Of a stretch of DNA of 64,000 bases, positions 1 to 36,570 are shown one piece after another. The position numbers and the translations under genes are program-made. Below the pieces are notes generated by a model. The model was not told the origin of the DNA. It did no database searches and was given only the letters and a program-made list of their open reading frames with translations. This DNA comes from Amoebidium appalachense (taxonomy: Eukaryota > Protista > Ichthyosporea), in contig CAVNZM010000010.1 in NCBI GenBank assembly GCA_963693365.1, positions 4,710,159 through 4,774,158 on the forward strand, written 5' to 3'. Each line of letters opens with the position of its first letter. Within the stretch, counting starts at the first letter, position 1.

Positions 1-43
1 TTTCTTGCATAAGCCGAGGTTTCTCGGTGGTTTAACAAGAATC

Positions 44-17872
<17,829 letters not shown>

Positions 17873-18393
17873 TGTGGTCACACACTCACGGGAGACATAC
17901 ATGCATGGGGTGCCCAAAACACACGTACACATGCACGCGCATGTGCGCACTCGTATACACGCATGCTGTCTCATACACGCATGCCTACGTATGTGGGCAC
18001 ACACACACACAATGACAAAAACAGACATATATACACACACATAGAGTTTACTATTCTAACGATGTAATGGGCCTGAATGGTATGAGGGCCGTAGGATACG
18101 TGTATGCGCAGGTGAACATTTGCACAAACACTGCGCACATGCAGCTTTCGTTTGGTCTTCAAACATGGGCACGTACGCGCGCACACCATTGATTTTTCCT
18201 TCCCCGTATTTTTGTTTGAAAACTGCTTTTTTTTTTCGTAGGTTGACGGTGGGCTTGTCCTTGCTTATTTTTCATAATCTTTTCCATCCAAACAATTAAA
18301 GAATTTCTGAAATTCCTCGCACCTGGCTCAGTGTGCGGTCCAGTGCATGCAGAAGAGCTAACACACACACGCACACACACACACACGCGGGTG

Positions 18394-18424
<31 letters not shown>

Positions 18425-19372
18425 GGGCGCGCGCACACACACACACACACGTGATCCATTTTTATTGCAGACAGCCTTTCTTCACACAAGGTATCATATA
18501 CACACACAAAGTAAAGACACTGTCAAGCAAAACTAGGCAATGTATGATTACCTGGTGGTCCATAGTACTAGACACCTGTACACTCACAACACCATTGCAA
18601 ACTATGAAAACACTTTCAAATCTCACACACCTAATAATGTAATGATTTGCGCTATGTAGCAACAAAAGTGTTTCACGATGCATTTGACTTCAGTCAATGT
18701 ACCCAACAAATTGCAAATTGAATCAAAAGCATTGTTTAGATGTGTGCCGCGTGTCTCGTTTGTAGATGGGGTTGTGACACTTCGGCTGTGTTCTATCTTT
18801 AATTTCTGAATTTCTGTTATTTTTTTTTGATGGGTTAGCAAAGAGGCATCAATAAATCAAGATGGGGAGGTCTGCTGGCTTCAGATCCCACCTAAATCAC
18901 TGGTCTTTAAGGTTCATTAAAGACGAGTCGATTAATGCTATTGTAGGACAATAAACCACAGTCGGAAAATCATTATTAGGTAACGGTTAACCCTCATCTC
19001 CCCCTTCCCCTCCCCCCCCCCCCCCCCCCCCCCCATCTCAACACACACCCACACATGCACACCCACACCCACACCTACACAGTGCGCGCACGCGCACGCG
19101 CACACGTGGTGGGCGCGCGCGCGTGTGCGCACCAAAATTAGATAGGGGAAAGAAAAGAAAACTCCACCATCACGTGCAGGAGGCACACACTCTCCCTAAA
19201 GGTCCACAAGGACTTGTGAAGTGACAGAGTCGTGGTTGTTCAAGTTGGTTGGTTGGTTGTTTCTTTTTCTTTTTTTTTTTCTTCTCCTCCTTTTTTTATT
19301 TTTTTTTATTTTTACTTTTTTATTATAACCTGAGTGGGTGGGTGGGGTGGGTGGATGGGTGTGGGTGTCTTT

Positions 19373-19416
<44 letters not shown>

Positions 19417-20045
19417 AGGGCAGGGCAGGGCAGGGCAGTATACGAAACGTTAACGACAGATGCGCCACCTTCAGACCGTTGCCTAGCATCTAGTTCTTGA
19501 GTGAACCCCTTTTATAACGTTAACGTTAAGCATCAGTACGGCGGCACATTTGTCCATGCACCAATGAGACCCAGCAGCACATGTCAACACGAGCCACATT
19601 TCCATATTTGAGAGGCTGTTGAGTGTACACTTTTTGAAAAAACACCCCTTCAGCAGGTTGTACTACATGATCATACAACATCTCGAGTGTACTTTAATCA
19701 GAAGTTTGCAAGGACAGCAGAGCTACCCGCATCGAATCAAATCGTGGATTTTGCACCCATATAAGGAACCTCGTGTCCAAAAATAGTAACATATTACACG
19801 CTCAGTAGTGCACATAAATATCGCAGCTGTGCTTTAGCAAGATTAACCGTCTCGCATAGTGATCACATGAACACCATATCGGCACCATGATGGAACCCGT
19901 ACACACCCATGAAAGGAAATTTACAACGTTAACAGATAACAGTGCTAAATAGCCCACGTGTTGTCCCCGTTCAGTTGATTTTGAATTTCACGAAATGATG
20001 CCAAAACATTTTGAAGGTCTTGGGCCCAAAAGATCGAACCTTCCC

Positions 20046-20076
<31 letters not shown>

Positions 20077-20105
20077 AAAAAAAAAAAAAAACGCGTACCC
20101 GGGTC

Positions 20106-20140
<35 letters not shown>

Positions 20141-22262
20141 GTTCAGAGCTGCAGCAGAAGTGGTGTCAACTGGATCTTGACATTACACACCACTCCCGTA
20201 AATGTAAAAACCCCATCCAAACACAGCAATACACACCCTGGTGTACATGTTATGCACGGCAGCACGATATAGGCCACACACGCCGCAATATCTGCCCATT
20301 GCAATTGAAGTTCTGAAAGAGAATTCTCAACGGTCCTAGAAGTTTCTAGACGACCCACTCCCCGTCAGTCTGCGGCAGTGCTGCCTATAGCCATTCCAGC
20401 AACTGGTGCGGCAACTTCTCCAGCGAAATTCCGCCCTTGTCTCCCCCCTGGGCCCATGATATCTGTCGCAGCCACGCAGGCACCTACGATACCAAGTGCA
20501 CGTGCTCTGTTCGTACAGGAGGGGCTGACGGCGTGCTGCGTCACGTGTGCTGCGCTCAGCCTGTCGAGTGATTGGTTGCGTGTCAGCAAGTTATTGTGCC
20601 ATACATAGTGCAAAGTTCATTGGACCCCCCCCCCCCGGGGCCCCCCGAAGTTCCCCCCTGGTCCGACAGGCTGAGTTAAGATACACGGAGTCAGGTATGT
20701 ACCTTCCGGAGTCCGCCACTGTTAAGCTTCCTGTGCCAAGATCTTTAATTTGACGTATAAATCATGATCCATCCCTGCTGTGTTATAAGTTTCCTTGCAG
20801 CCCCGCCCGCCCCCTGCCCCCCCAACCCCCCCACCCCCCACCCCCCACCCCCTCCCCCTCCCCCCTCCCCCCCCCCCCCTCCCCTCTCCCCCCCCCCCCC
20901 CCCCTGCGCCTGTAGTACCTACATGTCACACGTGATACTAGTAAATGGCCAGTGCAACCGTCCGATCCTATGTACTCGAAGCTTCCACTTCAATTTATCT
21001 TAGATGCCCCCCCCCCCCCCCCCCCCCACCCCAACCCCACCCTCCCCCCCTCCCCCCCCCCCCCACAAAAAAAAACAACCAAAAATAAATCAATAAAAAA
21101 AATAGAACCTCCCAGTCTGCCCTGCCCCGGCCCTCGAGCTTCCTCGATCTCTCCGTTCTCAGCCCCATCTCGTATTTCAAAGGCGGCCGAAGAAATAGTC
21201 CAAGATCTAGTGATAAAAGAGCAATGACACTGTTTTTTTGGACGAGCAAGCTGGAAACAAAAACAAAAAAAAGGACCGGAAGGGTGCCTAATAGGTTGCT
21301 TCTAACCTTCCATAGTGACAGGTACTTGAGGGTGCTGTGTGGTGTGTGAGAGTGTGGGTGTGTCACGGTGTGTGTGTCACGGTGTGTGTTTGTGTGTTAG
21401 TGTGTGTGTGTGTGTGTGTGGGAGGGGGGGGGGGGGGGGGGGGGGAGGGGGGGGGGGGGAGGGGGGGGGATGGGGGAGGGGGGGGGGAAAGGTAGGATGA
21501 TTATGAGGCTGGGGAACTTCGATGATGGGCAATAGGGATTTAGGGAAGGCAAAATTTCCTCGCCTGTGGTGCAGCCTGGATATGTCCAGCGCACAGGCAC
21601 ACACAAGCAAACAGCAGCAGGACAAGGGAAGAAAGGTTGAAGCCACGCTCCATGGTGGCTGTGCTGGCAAGACTATGAGAATATTAGGCAACAACGTTAA
21701 CCACAGTTTCAAAAAAGAAAAAGAAAGAAAGAAAGAGAAAGAAAGAAAGAAAGAAAGAAAGCAAGAGGATTACTGTGAGGATCGATGAATGAAGTTACCG
21801 CCGGTCAACAGGTGTCAGTGCTGAAATGAAACAGAAAACTGTGACGTCGACGTCTGTATTTGTATTTGACAGTAACTGCCAGTATCCATTTCCCGTTCCA
21901 GCCCCTTTTTGTAGTTTCAAATTGACGGTGTTTGAATATTTCCACCTGCCAATGTTTTTGTCGCCTTGCAGACAACACGCGATCCCCGAGCATGCTGCTG
22001 TAGATACTGCGGCCTACTAATAGTCAGTGAGCATGCCTCCTGCCGGCCATCCCCTTGGCCCCCGGGGCCCCCACTTTTTGATCCTAGCCTAAGGCCAAGA
22101 TCACGTGGCATTTATATAACCTGTCAGCATTCCATTGTGAGGGGATAGGGCCGGGTGGATAGCAGCTACCTTCAGGCCTTCTTTGGCCAGACCTTAAGGT
22201 TTTTCTCCTCTCTCTATCTGACTTCTTCTTCAGAATCTTCTTCTTCATCTTTTTCTTTTTTT

Positions 22263-22329
<67 letters not shown>

Positions 22330-22612
22330 TTGTTTTCTGAAATGCTGCAATGTGACCAAAAATGTTTAACCAAATTGTCGCACGTCTTCAAGCCTCCGAG
22401 GCTCATGACTCATTATCGTCAATCAGCCCGTCAATAAGTCAACATCATAATAGTGTTACATTAGTGTGGTCCGTGACATGCTGATATCGATATGCCACTC
22501 TGGAAACTTGCTTCGGAACATCCTCACCTCCATTGCACACTATTACTATTTTCTTCCTCCCACATACTGAGACACCTACCGATACCTTTACTTCTCTTTT
22601 ACCCCCCCCCCC

Positions 22613-23377
22613 TGTTGGAGTACACTGGTACTCCCGGCTAGCAATGTCTGTTAGAGAAAGTTTCTGAGCAATTGAATAACTGTTTCAACACTCACTCGAG
22701 TGCATAGAGCTTTTGTTTACGGTCATATTCATATATGGTAGTTATATGTTTGAGCCAAAACTGTACCAATGACGAGCTTCACTAGCAACGTGCTAATTGT
22801 GCTCATTAATTAATATTCCCGGTTCAGATGATGTCATGTCTATATTTGCCACAGGATTCTATTCTTAGAGTGGTAGTGTGCTTTATTCCCGGATATTCTC
22901 AGAATATTTTTAGTTGTGTGAAGCAAGATTTACGTTTAACTGCAATTGGTGTGTTAAACACGTTTATTTGTGTGCTTTAGTGCAAGTTAACTAGCCACTC
23001 AACGTGCACAGTTAACTTTTATATCTTTAACGACTTGTTTTCATTGTGCTCTCTTTTCGGCCATGCTGTACATGGCCCACCACCAGGGTGCACACGAGGC
23101 CACCATGAGGTGGCCAACGACTATATAAAGCAGTGCCTCCCATGTCACAAACATGGGAAGCAGAACGTTTGATTTACACTTTTCTACTGTCGTTTCCAGT
23201 GCACAAAACACATAGACTAGTTACCCATCATACACGACACTATGTCTGACAACTTACAGTTGCAGCAACTAGTCCAACTACTGGAGCAGAGGTTGGCCTC
23301 ACAAGATGCAATCATTTCTGACTTACAGAAGGAACAACGTGCACTAGAACTAGCTTCTATGAACACAATGTCCAACA
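22613..23377 (+). repeat. 5' LTR
   Basis: TG..CA termini with a 7-bp terminal inverted repeat. Identical by eye to 27726-28490. TATA-like CTATATAAAG at 23121-23130. Contains the gag ATG at 23242. Confidence 0.97.
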
Positions 23378-24450
23378 GGGTTATGGGCCCCTCACGTAAT
23401 GATTCCATCAAGTTCAAGGTCGACATCCCTCTCTTCACTGGCATTGATAATGATTCAGGCACGGACTACCACACATGGGCCGAAACCATGTATGTCCAGC
23501 TTTCTGGTGCTGGTCTTCTCCACACCATCGCGCCCAGTACGGAGCACCCGGCTACCCGTGAACAGGTCGACACTGCCCGTTCCTACCTGTGGCAAGCACT
23601 CTCGATTGACGTGCGTTGTATCCTAGGGTTAACACGCACCACCACACCTGCGGAGATATGGTCGGCCCTATCTGCCCACTACCTGGAGCAATCTGAGGCC
23701 AATCAGTACGACCTTATCGGGCTGTACATGAATTCTACGCCTGAACCTACGGACACCGCGACGAAATACGCCATGAAACTCCGCGGCTACGTGCGGCGCC
23801 TGGCCGATTACGGCACACAAATTGGTGATGCTCAAGTGCTGACCAAGCTCACCAACGACCTCGGCAAGGTGCCTTACTACGAAATGCCTGTAATTGCCTA
23901 CAAGATGACACCCAAGCCTACCGTGATGGGCCTCCTCCAACAGCTACGGGCATATGAGACCAGCCACCCACGTGCACGTGTGACTACCAGCTCCGGGCCG
24001 GCCGCCTTCACCACACGGGCTCCTCAACCTGTCATCTGCCACGGCTGCGGCAAACCAGGCCACATCAAGTCTCAGTGCCCCAACGGCAACGGCCAACACA
24101 GCAACTCTGGCAACAACCGTGCCAGCACCTACCCCAAGGGTTCCTGCGTCAACCACCCACTGTCTACCAGTCACACTACCGCCATGTGCAAGGGGGGCAA
24201 CCGTGCCAACGGCCGCAAACCTAAGGGTGGTCCCCTCCTGCCTGGGTCCTGCATCAACCACCCTGCCTCTACTACCCACACTACGGCACAGTGCAAGGGG
24301 GGGCTGCCGCTCCCCGGGCTTTCCTCATGTCTAGCAACGACTGTGGCACCAACAAGGTGCTCCTCGACTCTGGAGCCACTGACCATGTGTGCCCCCGGCC
24401 CGATGTGTTCATCAACATGCGTGCGGCGCCTTACTCCACGGTCCAAGTAG
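23242..24450 (+). CDS. gag: Copia Gag
   Basis: 402-aa ORF with a copia gag core (YHTWAETM..L, AEIWSAL..HY), a CCHC knuckle (CHGCGKPGHIKSQC) and two CxxH-x5-H-x4-C repeats. The ORF tail after ~24303 overlaps pol in another frame. Confidence 0.92.
   Translation: MSDNLQLQQLVQLLEQRLASQDAIISDLQKEQRALELASMNTMSNRVMGPSRNDSIKFKVDIPLFTGIDNDSGTDYHTWAETMYVQLSGAGLLHTIAPSTEHPATREQVDTARSYLWQALSIDVRCILGLTRTTTPAEIWSALSAHYLEQSEANQYDLIGLYMNSTPEPTDTATKYAMKLRGYVRRLADYGTQIGDAQVLTKLTNDLGKVPYYEMPVIAYKMTPKPTVMGLLQQLRAYETSHPRARVTTSSGPAAFTTRAPQPVICHGCGKPGHIKSQCPNGNGQHSNSGNNRASTYPKGSCVNHPLSTSHTTAMCKGGNRANGRKPKGGPLLPGSCINHPASTTHTTAQCKGGLPLPGLSSCLATTVAPTRCSSTLEPLTMCAPGPMCSSTCVRRLTPRSK
23379..23390 (+). promoter_or_regulatory. 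Primer-binding site GGTTATGGGCCC (half-tRNAiMet type)
   Basis: Begins 1 nt after the 5' LTR and matches the GGTTATGGGCCC PBS of Drosophila copia-type (Hemivirus) elements, which prime on an internal fragment of initiator tRNA-Met. Confidence 0.85.
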
Positions 24451-27400
24451 CCGACAAGGGTGCATGTGCAGTGCTTGGGGTGGGCGACGTGTTCTTTTCC
24501 AGCACCATCGACGGCGTTACTGCGGTGCATCAGCTGACGGATGTACTCTACGTGCCCTCCATCCCCGACACTCTCATCAGTGTGTTCACGGCAACTACCA
24601 ACGGTGTTTTACCCCGCTTTGACACCCGCGGCGGCGTTAAGTTGTGCTACGGCGATCAAATTCTGGCCACCGGCTCGGCTGTCGGCACCAAGCTGTACCA
24701 CATGGCGGTGTCTCTTCTGCGCGCGGACACAACCCCGGACGCCCAAACCACCACTGCTCCGCGTATCCTCAAGGTTACTGCCGACCTCAACACGTGGCAC
24801 TACCGTCTGGGCCATGCTGGCATTGACGCTGTACGCTCGGTCATCAAGTCTGCAGGCCTGTTGGTGGGTGGCGGTGCCAAGTCTCCGGGTGTGTGTGAGC
24901 CCTGTGCCCTCGGCAAAGCCCACCGTGTTGCCTTCTCCGAATCAACTAGCCAAGCTCCCCGGGTCCTAGCCAAGGTTCACAGCGACATCAGCGGCCCCTT
25001 CCCTCCCGCGATCGGTGGTGCTCAGTACTTGGCGACGTTCCACGACGAATTCACCGGCCACACCACGGCCGTGCCCCTCGTCAAGAAGTCGGACACACTG
25101 GCTGCATATGTGACGTACCACAAGGCGGCGGTTACCCAACACGGTGTTCCCATGCAGGTGTTTCAGTCCGACGGGGGGGGCGAGTACATGGGCACGGCCT
25201 TCGGGGACTACAACCGTGAGCATGGCATTCGCCATCAGATCACTACCACCGGCTCTCCTCAACAGAATGGGACTGCCGAACGACTGAACCGGACCCTCCT
25301 CGACATGGTTCGGGCACTCCTGCAGCAGTCCGGCCTTCCGGTGGGATTCTGGGCCGAGGCAGCTGTGACCGCGGCTTTTATACGCAACATGCTCCCGTCG
25401 CGAGCCACCGGCAGCCAATCGTCTCCCGCTCTGCTGTGGACCGGCATTCCTCCCGACTACAGCCGGCTCCGTGTCTGGGGCTCTCCCTGCTACGTCCATC
25501 AACAGGATACACCGAAACTGGCGCCTCGTGCCGTCAAGGGCGTCTTCGTGGGCTACCCTCCTAACATCAAGGGCTACAAGGTCTGGATTCCAGCAGCACA
25601 CAAGATGACCGTCAGCCGTGACGTGCAGTTCGACGAGGCTGCTATTCTGCACCCCCTCCGTGATGTCCCATCTGATTGGTCGACCGCACCGGCAATTCAT
25701 CATTTTTTGGAGTCATCTGATTCGTCAAATCAGCCAGCCAATCACATCGTCCGGAATGATCAGCAATCTGATTCGTCTCGTCTGTCAGCCAATGGGACAG
25801 CGCCGAGTGATCAATTGGACATTCCGATCCTGCCCGAGCCTGCACATCGGCTCCCCCGGACGACCCGTAGTGGCGCTGTGTACAACGACCAACGTCGAGG
25901 CCCGACTGCCAACGTGGCTGCTGCTACGGCCCCCCTTGCCCCCCAGGCTACGGCTCCTGCATCAACACCCATCAAGGCTTCCACCATTGTTGTCCCCAAG
26001 ACTGTCCGGGCTGCACTCAAGAGTCCCCAGCGTCTGAAATGGGAGGAGGCTGCACACCGTGAGCTCAAGGCCCTGGAAGACAACGGCACCTTCACCCTTG
26101 TGCCCCGTCCAGAGGATGGCTCCACTGTCATTCCGGTCGGCTGGGTCTTTACGGTCAAGCAGGACAACGTCGGCAACGTCACTGCTTTCAAGGCCCGGCT
26201 TGTGGCCCGGGGCAACTACCAGCAGCCTGGCCAGGACTATTTCGTCACCGAGTCACCTGTGGCTGCGCTGGCTACCATCCGGCTGGTTTTGGCTACCTCC
26301 GTGGCCCAAGGTCTGCCTCTGCGCCACATCGACGTCAACACAGCATTCCTCAACGGCACCGTCAACGAGACCATCTACATTGAGCAGCCCCCTGGCTTCG
26401 TCAACCCCTCGGCCCCCCATGCTGTCGGCTTGCTCCACAAGGCGCTCTACGGCCTAAAACAGGCACCGCGCCAGTGGTATGAGGCCCTCCGTGACCATCT
26501 CCTCGACCAAGGCTTCATTGTGAGTGCTGCTGACCCGTGCCTGTTCATCAAGAATGCCGGGACCCCAACATTTATTGCCCTTGCTGCCTACGTGGATGAC
26601 TTCACCGTGACGGCCGCCACTGATGCGCTCATCGACGATTTTTTCACCAAGCTGGATGCTCGTTTCTCTGCCAAGGACCTGGGTCGTCCTACCCTGCTCA
26701 TCGGGCACACTCTTACCTGGCTGGAGGACGGGTCTCTGCGTCTGGGCCATCGTCAACACATCATCGACTTGGCTGCCCGTTTTCGTCTCACCCACATGTC
26801 CGGCACCAAGACCCCCATCGTCCCGGGCCAGGCCAGTGAAAGCAACAAGACCCCAGCCTACAGCAAGAAGGAGGACTATGCCAGCCTGGTCGGTGCCCTG
26901 CTGTGGATTGCGCGTACCACCCGCCCCGACATTTCCCAGGCTCTGGGAGTCCTTACTCGACACATTCATGCGCCCACCGTCACCCACTGGACTATGGCTA
27001 CCAGAGTTGTAAGCTACCTGCTGGCCACCATCGACCTGGGTATTGTCTACCGTCCCGGCCCCCCCAACCTTGTTGGCTACTCCGACTCCGACTACGCCGA
27101 GGACCGCGACACCCGGCGCTCCACCACGGGCTATGTCTTCTTCATAAACTCCTCCCCTGTGTCCTGGGTGTCTCGGCTCCAGTCCATCACCACCCACAGC
27201 TCCACTGAGGCTGAATTTGTGGCCATGTCTGCTGCTACGAACGAGGCCCTATGGCTCAACTATGTGATGGACGACCTGGGCCTTAATCCTATCAATGAGC
27301 CCACCCCGGTGCCCATCCATGGGGACAATGAGTCTGCCCGGGCCCTGCTGGACACCCTGGGGGTTAAGCCCAAGACCAAGCACATCGACGTCCGCTACTG

Positions 27401-27539
27401 CTCCGTCAAGGAACATCACCTGCTGGGCAACATCACTGTGGTCCCGGTGGCTTCTGCTGACAACAAGGCCGACATGTTCACCAAGGCCCTGTCTGCCTCT
27501 TTCTTCACCAAGGCCGTGGGGATGCTCAACATGTGCTGA
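24291..27539 (+). CDS. pol: Copia Pol (protease, integrase, reverse transcriptase, RNase H)
   Basis: Protease LLDSGATDH; integrase zinc finger WHYRLGH..CEPC and core VHSDISGP / QSDGGGEY / QNGTAER; RT KARLVARG, LYGLKQAPRQW, YVDD; RNase H YSDSDYA, STEAE, GDN, KHIDVRY, ADMFTK. No internal stops. Confidence 0.97.
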   Translation: MQGGAAAPRAFLMSSNDCGTNKVLLDSGATDHVCPRPDVFINMRAAPYSTVQVADKGACAVLGVGDVFFSSTIDGVTAVHQLTDVLYVPSIPDTLISVFTATTNGVLPRFDTRGGVKLCYGDQILATGSAVGTKLYHMAVSLLRADTTPDAQTTTAPRILKVTADLNTWHYRLGHAGIDAVRSVIKSAGLLVGGGAKSPGVCEPCALGKAHRVAFSESTSQAPRVLAKVHSDISGPFPPAIGGAQYLATFHDEFTGHTTAVPLVKKSDTLAAYVTYHKAAVTQHGVPMQVFQSDGGGEYMGTAFGDYNREHGIRHQITTTGSPQQNGTAERLNRTLLDMVRALLQQSGLPVGFWAEAAVTAAFIRNMLPSRATGSQSSPALLWTGIPPDYSRLRVWGSPCYVHQQDTPKLAPRAVKGVFVGYPPNIKGYKVWIPAAHKMTVSRDVQFDEAAILHPLRDVPSDWSTAPAIHHFLESSDSSNQPANHIVRNDQQSDSSRLSANGTAPSDQLDIPILPEPAHRLPRTTRSGAVYNDQRRGPTANVAAATAPLAPQATAPASTPIKASTIVVPKTVRAALKSPQRLKWEEAAHRELKALEDNGTFTLVPRPEDGSTVIPVGWVFTVKQDNVGNVTAFKARLVARGNYQQPGQDYFVTESPVAALATIRLVLATSVAQGLPLRHIDVNTAFLNGTVNETIYIEQPPGFVNPSAPHAVGLLHKALYGLKQAPRQWYEALRDHLLDQGFIVSAADPCLFIKNAGTPTFIALAAYVDDFTVTAATDALIDDFFTKLDARFSAKDLGRPTLLIGHTLTWLEDGSLRLGHRQHIIDLAARFRLTHMSGTKTPIVPGQASESNKTPAYSKKEDYASLVGALLWIARTTRPDISQALGVLTRHIHAPTVTHWTMATRVVSYLLATIDLGIVYRPGPPNLVGYSDSDYAEDRDTRRSTTGYVFFINSSPVSWVSRLQSITTHSSTEAEFVAMSAATNEALWLNYVMDDLGLNPINEPTPVPIHGDNESARALLDTLGVKPKTKHIDVRYCSVKEHHLLGNITVVPVASADNKADMFTKALSASFFTKAVGMLNMC

Positions 27540-27716
27540 GCACCCGTCATCAACCAACTGCGCCCTCATACTTCAGGGGGGGGGAGAGAGTTGCATCCGA
27601 CTGTGCAACTACGTGTACCATACTAAAATTGAGTAGGGGAATCTTTATTGTCTGTATTTTGTGCACCTGAAGCACTCGAGCTCAGTTGCATTAATTCATA
27701 CCACAATTATCCAATT

Positions 27717-27725
27717 GAGTAGGGG
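27717..27725 (+). promoter_or_regulatory. Polypurine tract
   Basis: GAGTAGGGG directly abuts the 3' LTR. A near-copy (TTGAGTAGGGGG) lies at ~27629-27640. Confidence 0.7.
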
Positions 27726-28490
27726 TGTTGGAGTACACTGGTACTCCCGGCTAGCAATGTCTGTTAGAGAAAGTTTCTGAGCAATTGAATAACTGTTTCA
27801 ACACTCACTCGAGTGCATAGAGCTTTTGTTTACGGTCATATTCATATATGGTAGTTATATGTTTGAGCCAAAACTGTACCAATGACGAGCTTCACTAGCA
27901 ACGTGCTAATTGTGCTCATTAATTAATATTCCCGGTTCAGATGATGTCATGTCTATATTTGCCACAGGATTCTATTCTTAGAGTGGTAGTGTGCTTTATT
28001 CCCGGATATTCTCAGAATATTTTTAGTTGTGTGAAGCAAGATTTACGTTTAACTGCAATTGGTGTGTTAAACACGTTTATTTGTGTGCTTTAGTGCAAGT
28101 TAACTAGCCACTCAACGTGCACAGTTAACTTTTATATCTTTAACGACTTGTTTTCATTGTGCTCTCTTTTCGGCCATGCTGTACATGGCCCACCACCAGG
28201 GTGCACACGAGGCCACCATGAGGTGGCCAACGACTATATAAAGCAGTGCCTCCCATGTCACAAACATGGGAAGCAGAACGTTTGATTTACACTTTTCTAC
28301 TGTCGTTTCCAGTGCACAAAACACATAGACTAGTTACCCATCATACACGACACTATGTCTGACAACTTACAGTTGCAGCAACTAGTCCAACTACTGGAGC
28401 AGAGGTTGGCCTCACAAGATGCAATCATTTCTGACTTACAGAAGGAACAACGTGCACTAGAACTAGCTTCTATGAACACAATGTCCAACA
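27726..28490 (+). repeat. 3' LTR
   Basis: Direct repeat of 22613-23377, followed immediately by poly-C. Confidence 0.97.
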
Positions 28491-28889
28491 CCCCCCCCCC
28501 CCCCCCCCCTCCTCGCCCCCTGTCACCTATGCCGTGGTGTCTGTGTGAGCTTGAAAGGTGGCAGGGATGATAATTCTCACAATCATGTTGTCTAGTGTTG
28601 TGTTGGAGTCCATGCATTATCGTGGTGCGTTGTCAAAATTTTGTGGAATTTCCCCAGATTGACGTGCCAACTTGGAAGGTCAACTAGTGCTGCACTTTCA
28701 GTTACCAGCTAACAGACTGTAAATTTTCTTCTTCTTTTAACTTGATTTCAAAGTTTAACGCACTGATTATGACTCAGAGGTGAAGCATATATACCCGGCA
28801 TACTAAGGAGGCAAGAGGAAAAAAAGAACTATACGGTATTACGAGTTATGATAGCAAGTGCATACTATGATCATGCTGATTATGCATAT

Positions 28890-28946
<57 letters not shown>

Positions 28947-29392
28947 ACTGACTTGACAAATTAGCATTTGTGTTCTGCATGTTCAACTGTGACACCTAGC
29001 GTATACGTGTTGTTTTGTTTGTTTCAATGTCCGGGGGGGGGGGGGGGGGGGGGGGGGGGGAGGTGGGATATTTGCAAGAAGTTTTCTCACGCACCAAGGC
29101 TTATGAGCTCAGAGGCAATTGTCGTTTTTAATTCCTTGCACTGAGCCGGCCTGGACATACATATGTACCGCACTGCCAATTACCAGAACTAGACATACTG
29201 CTTTATGTGAGGGCGAAGGCTTGTGGTATGTCCTACTCTTCTTCGTGTTCTTCGTCTTCGTCCATTCTTTTCTCCCTTATTTCCTCTTTAGGGGGGAGGG
29301 GGAGGGGGGGGGATGGGGGGAGGGAGGGGGGGAGGAGGGATTTGGGGGGATGGGGGGGACTGGGAGGAAGGGAAGGAGAGGGGAGAAGGGGG

Positions 29393-29438
<46 letters not shown>

Positions 29439-29651
29439 GGGGGGGGGGGCGGGGGGGGGGGGGGGGGGGGGGAGGGGGAGGATGGGGCGGGTGAAGGGGG
29501 AAGTGTTGCGACAAGGCACAAAATTGCGAACAAACCTTTACCATGGCACTTTTGATCAGTACAAATTTCGGAGTAATTAAGAGGGGGAGGGGGGGAGGGG
29601 GAGTGGGGAGGGGGGTGGGGGAGGGGGGGAAGGGGGGCAGGGTTGAGTTAC

Positions 29652-36570
<6,919 letters not shown>

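Larger units (their letters stand above)
22613..28490 (+). mobile_element. Full-length Ty1/copia LTR retrotransposon
   Basis: Two 765-bp LTRs (TGTTGGA...TCCAACA), PBS, PPT, gag, and pol in copia order PR-IN-RT-RH. Flanked on both sides by C runs, compatible with a CCCCC target-site duplication. Confidence 0.98.

Noticed and set aside
20140-22200. Exon-like non-repetitive islands on the minus strand
   Set aside because: I could not build a phase-consistent, stop-free model or recognise a domain. They may be decayed gene remnants and remain unresolved.
24966-27197. Long antisense ORFs inside pol (245 and 247 aa)
   Set aside because: Expected shadows of C-rich third-position codon bias; no motifs.
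28355-28570. ORF starting MSDNLQ
   Set aside because: It is the copy of the gag start inside the 3' LTR, not an independent gene.
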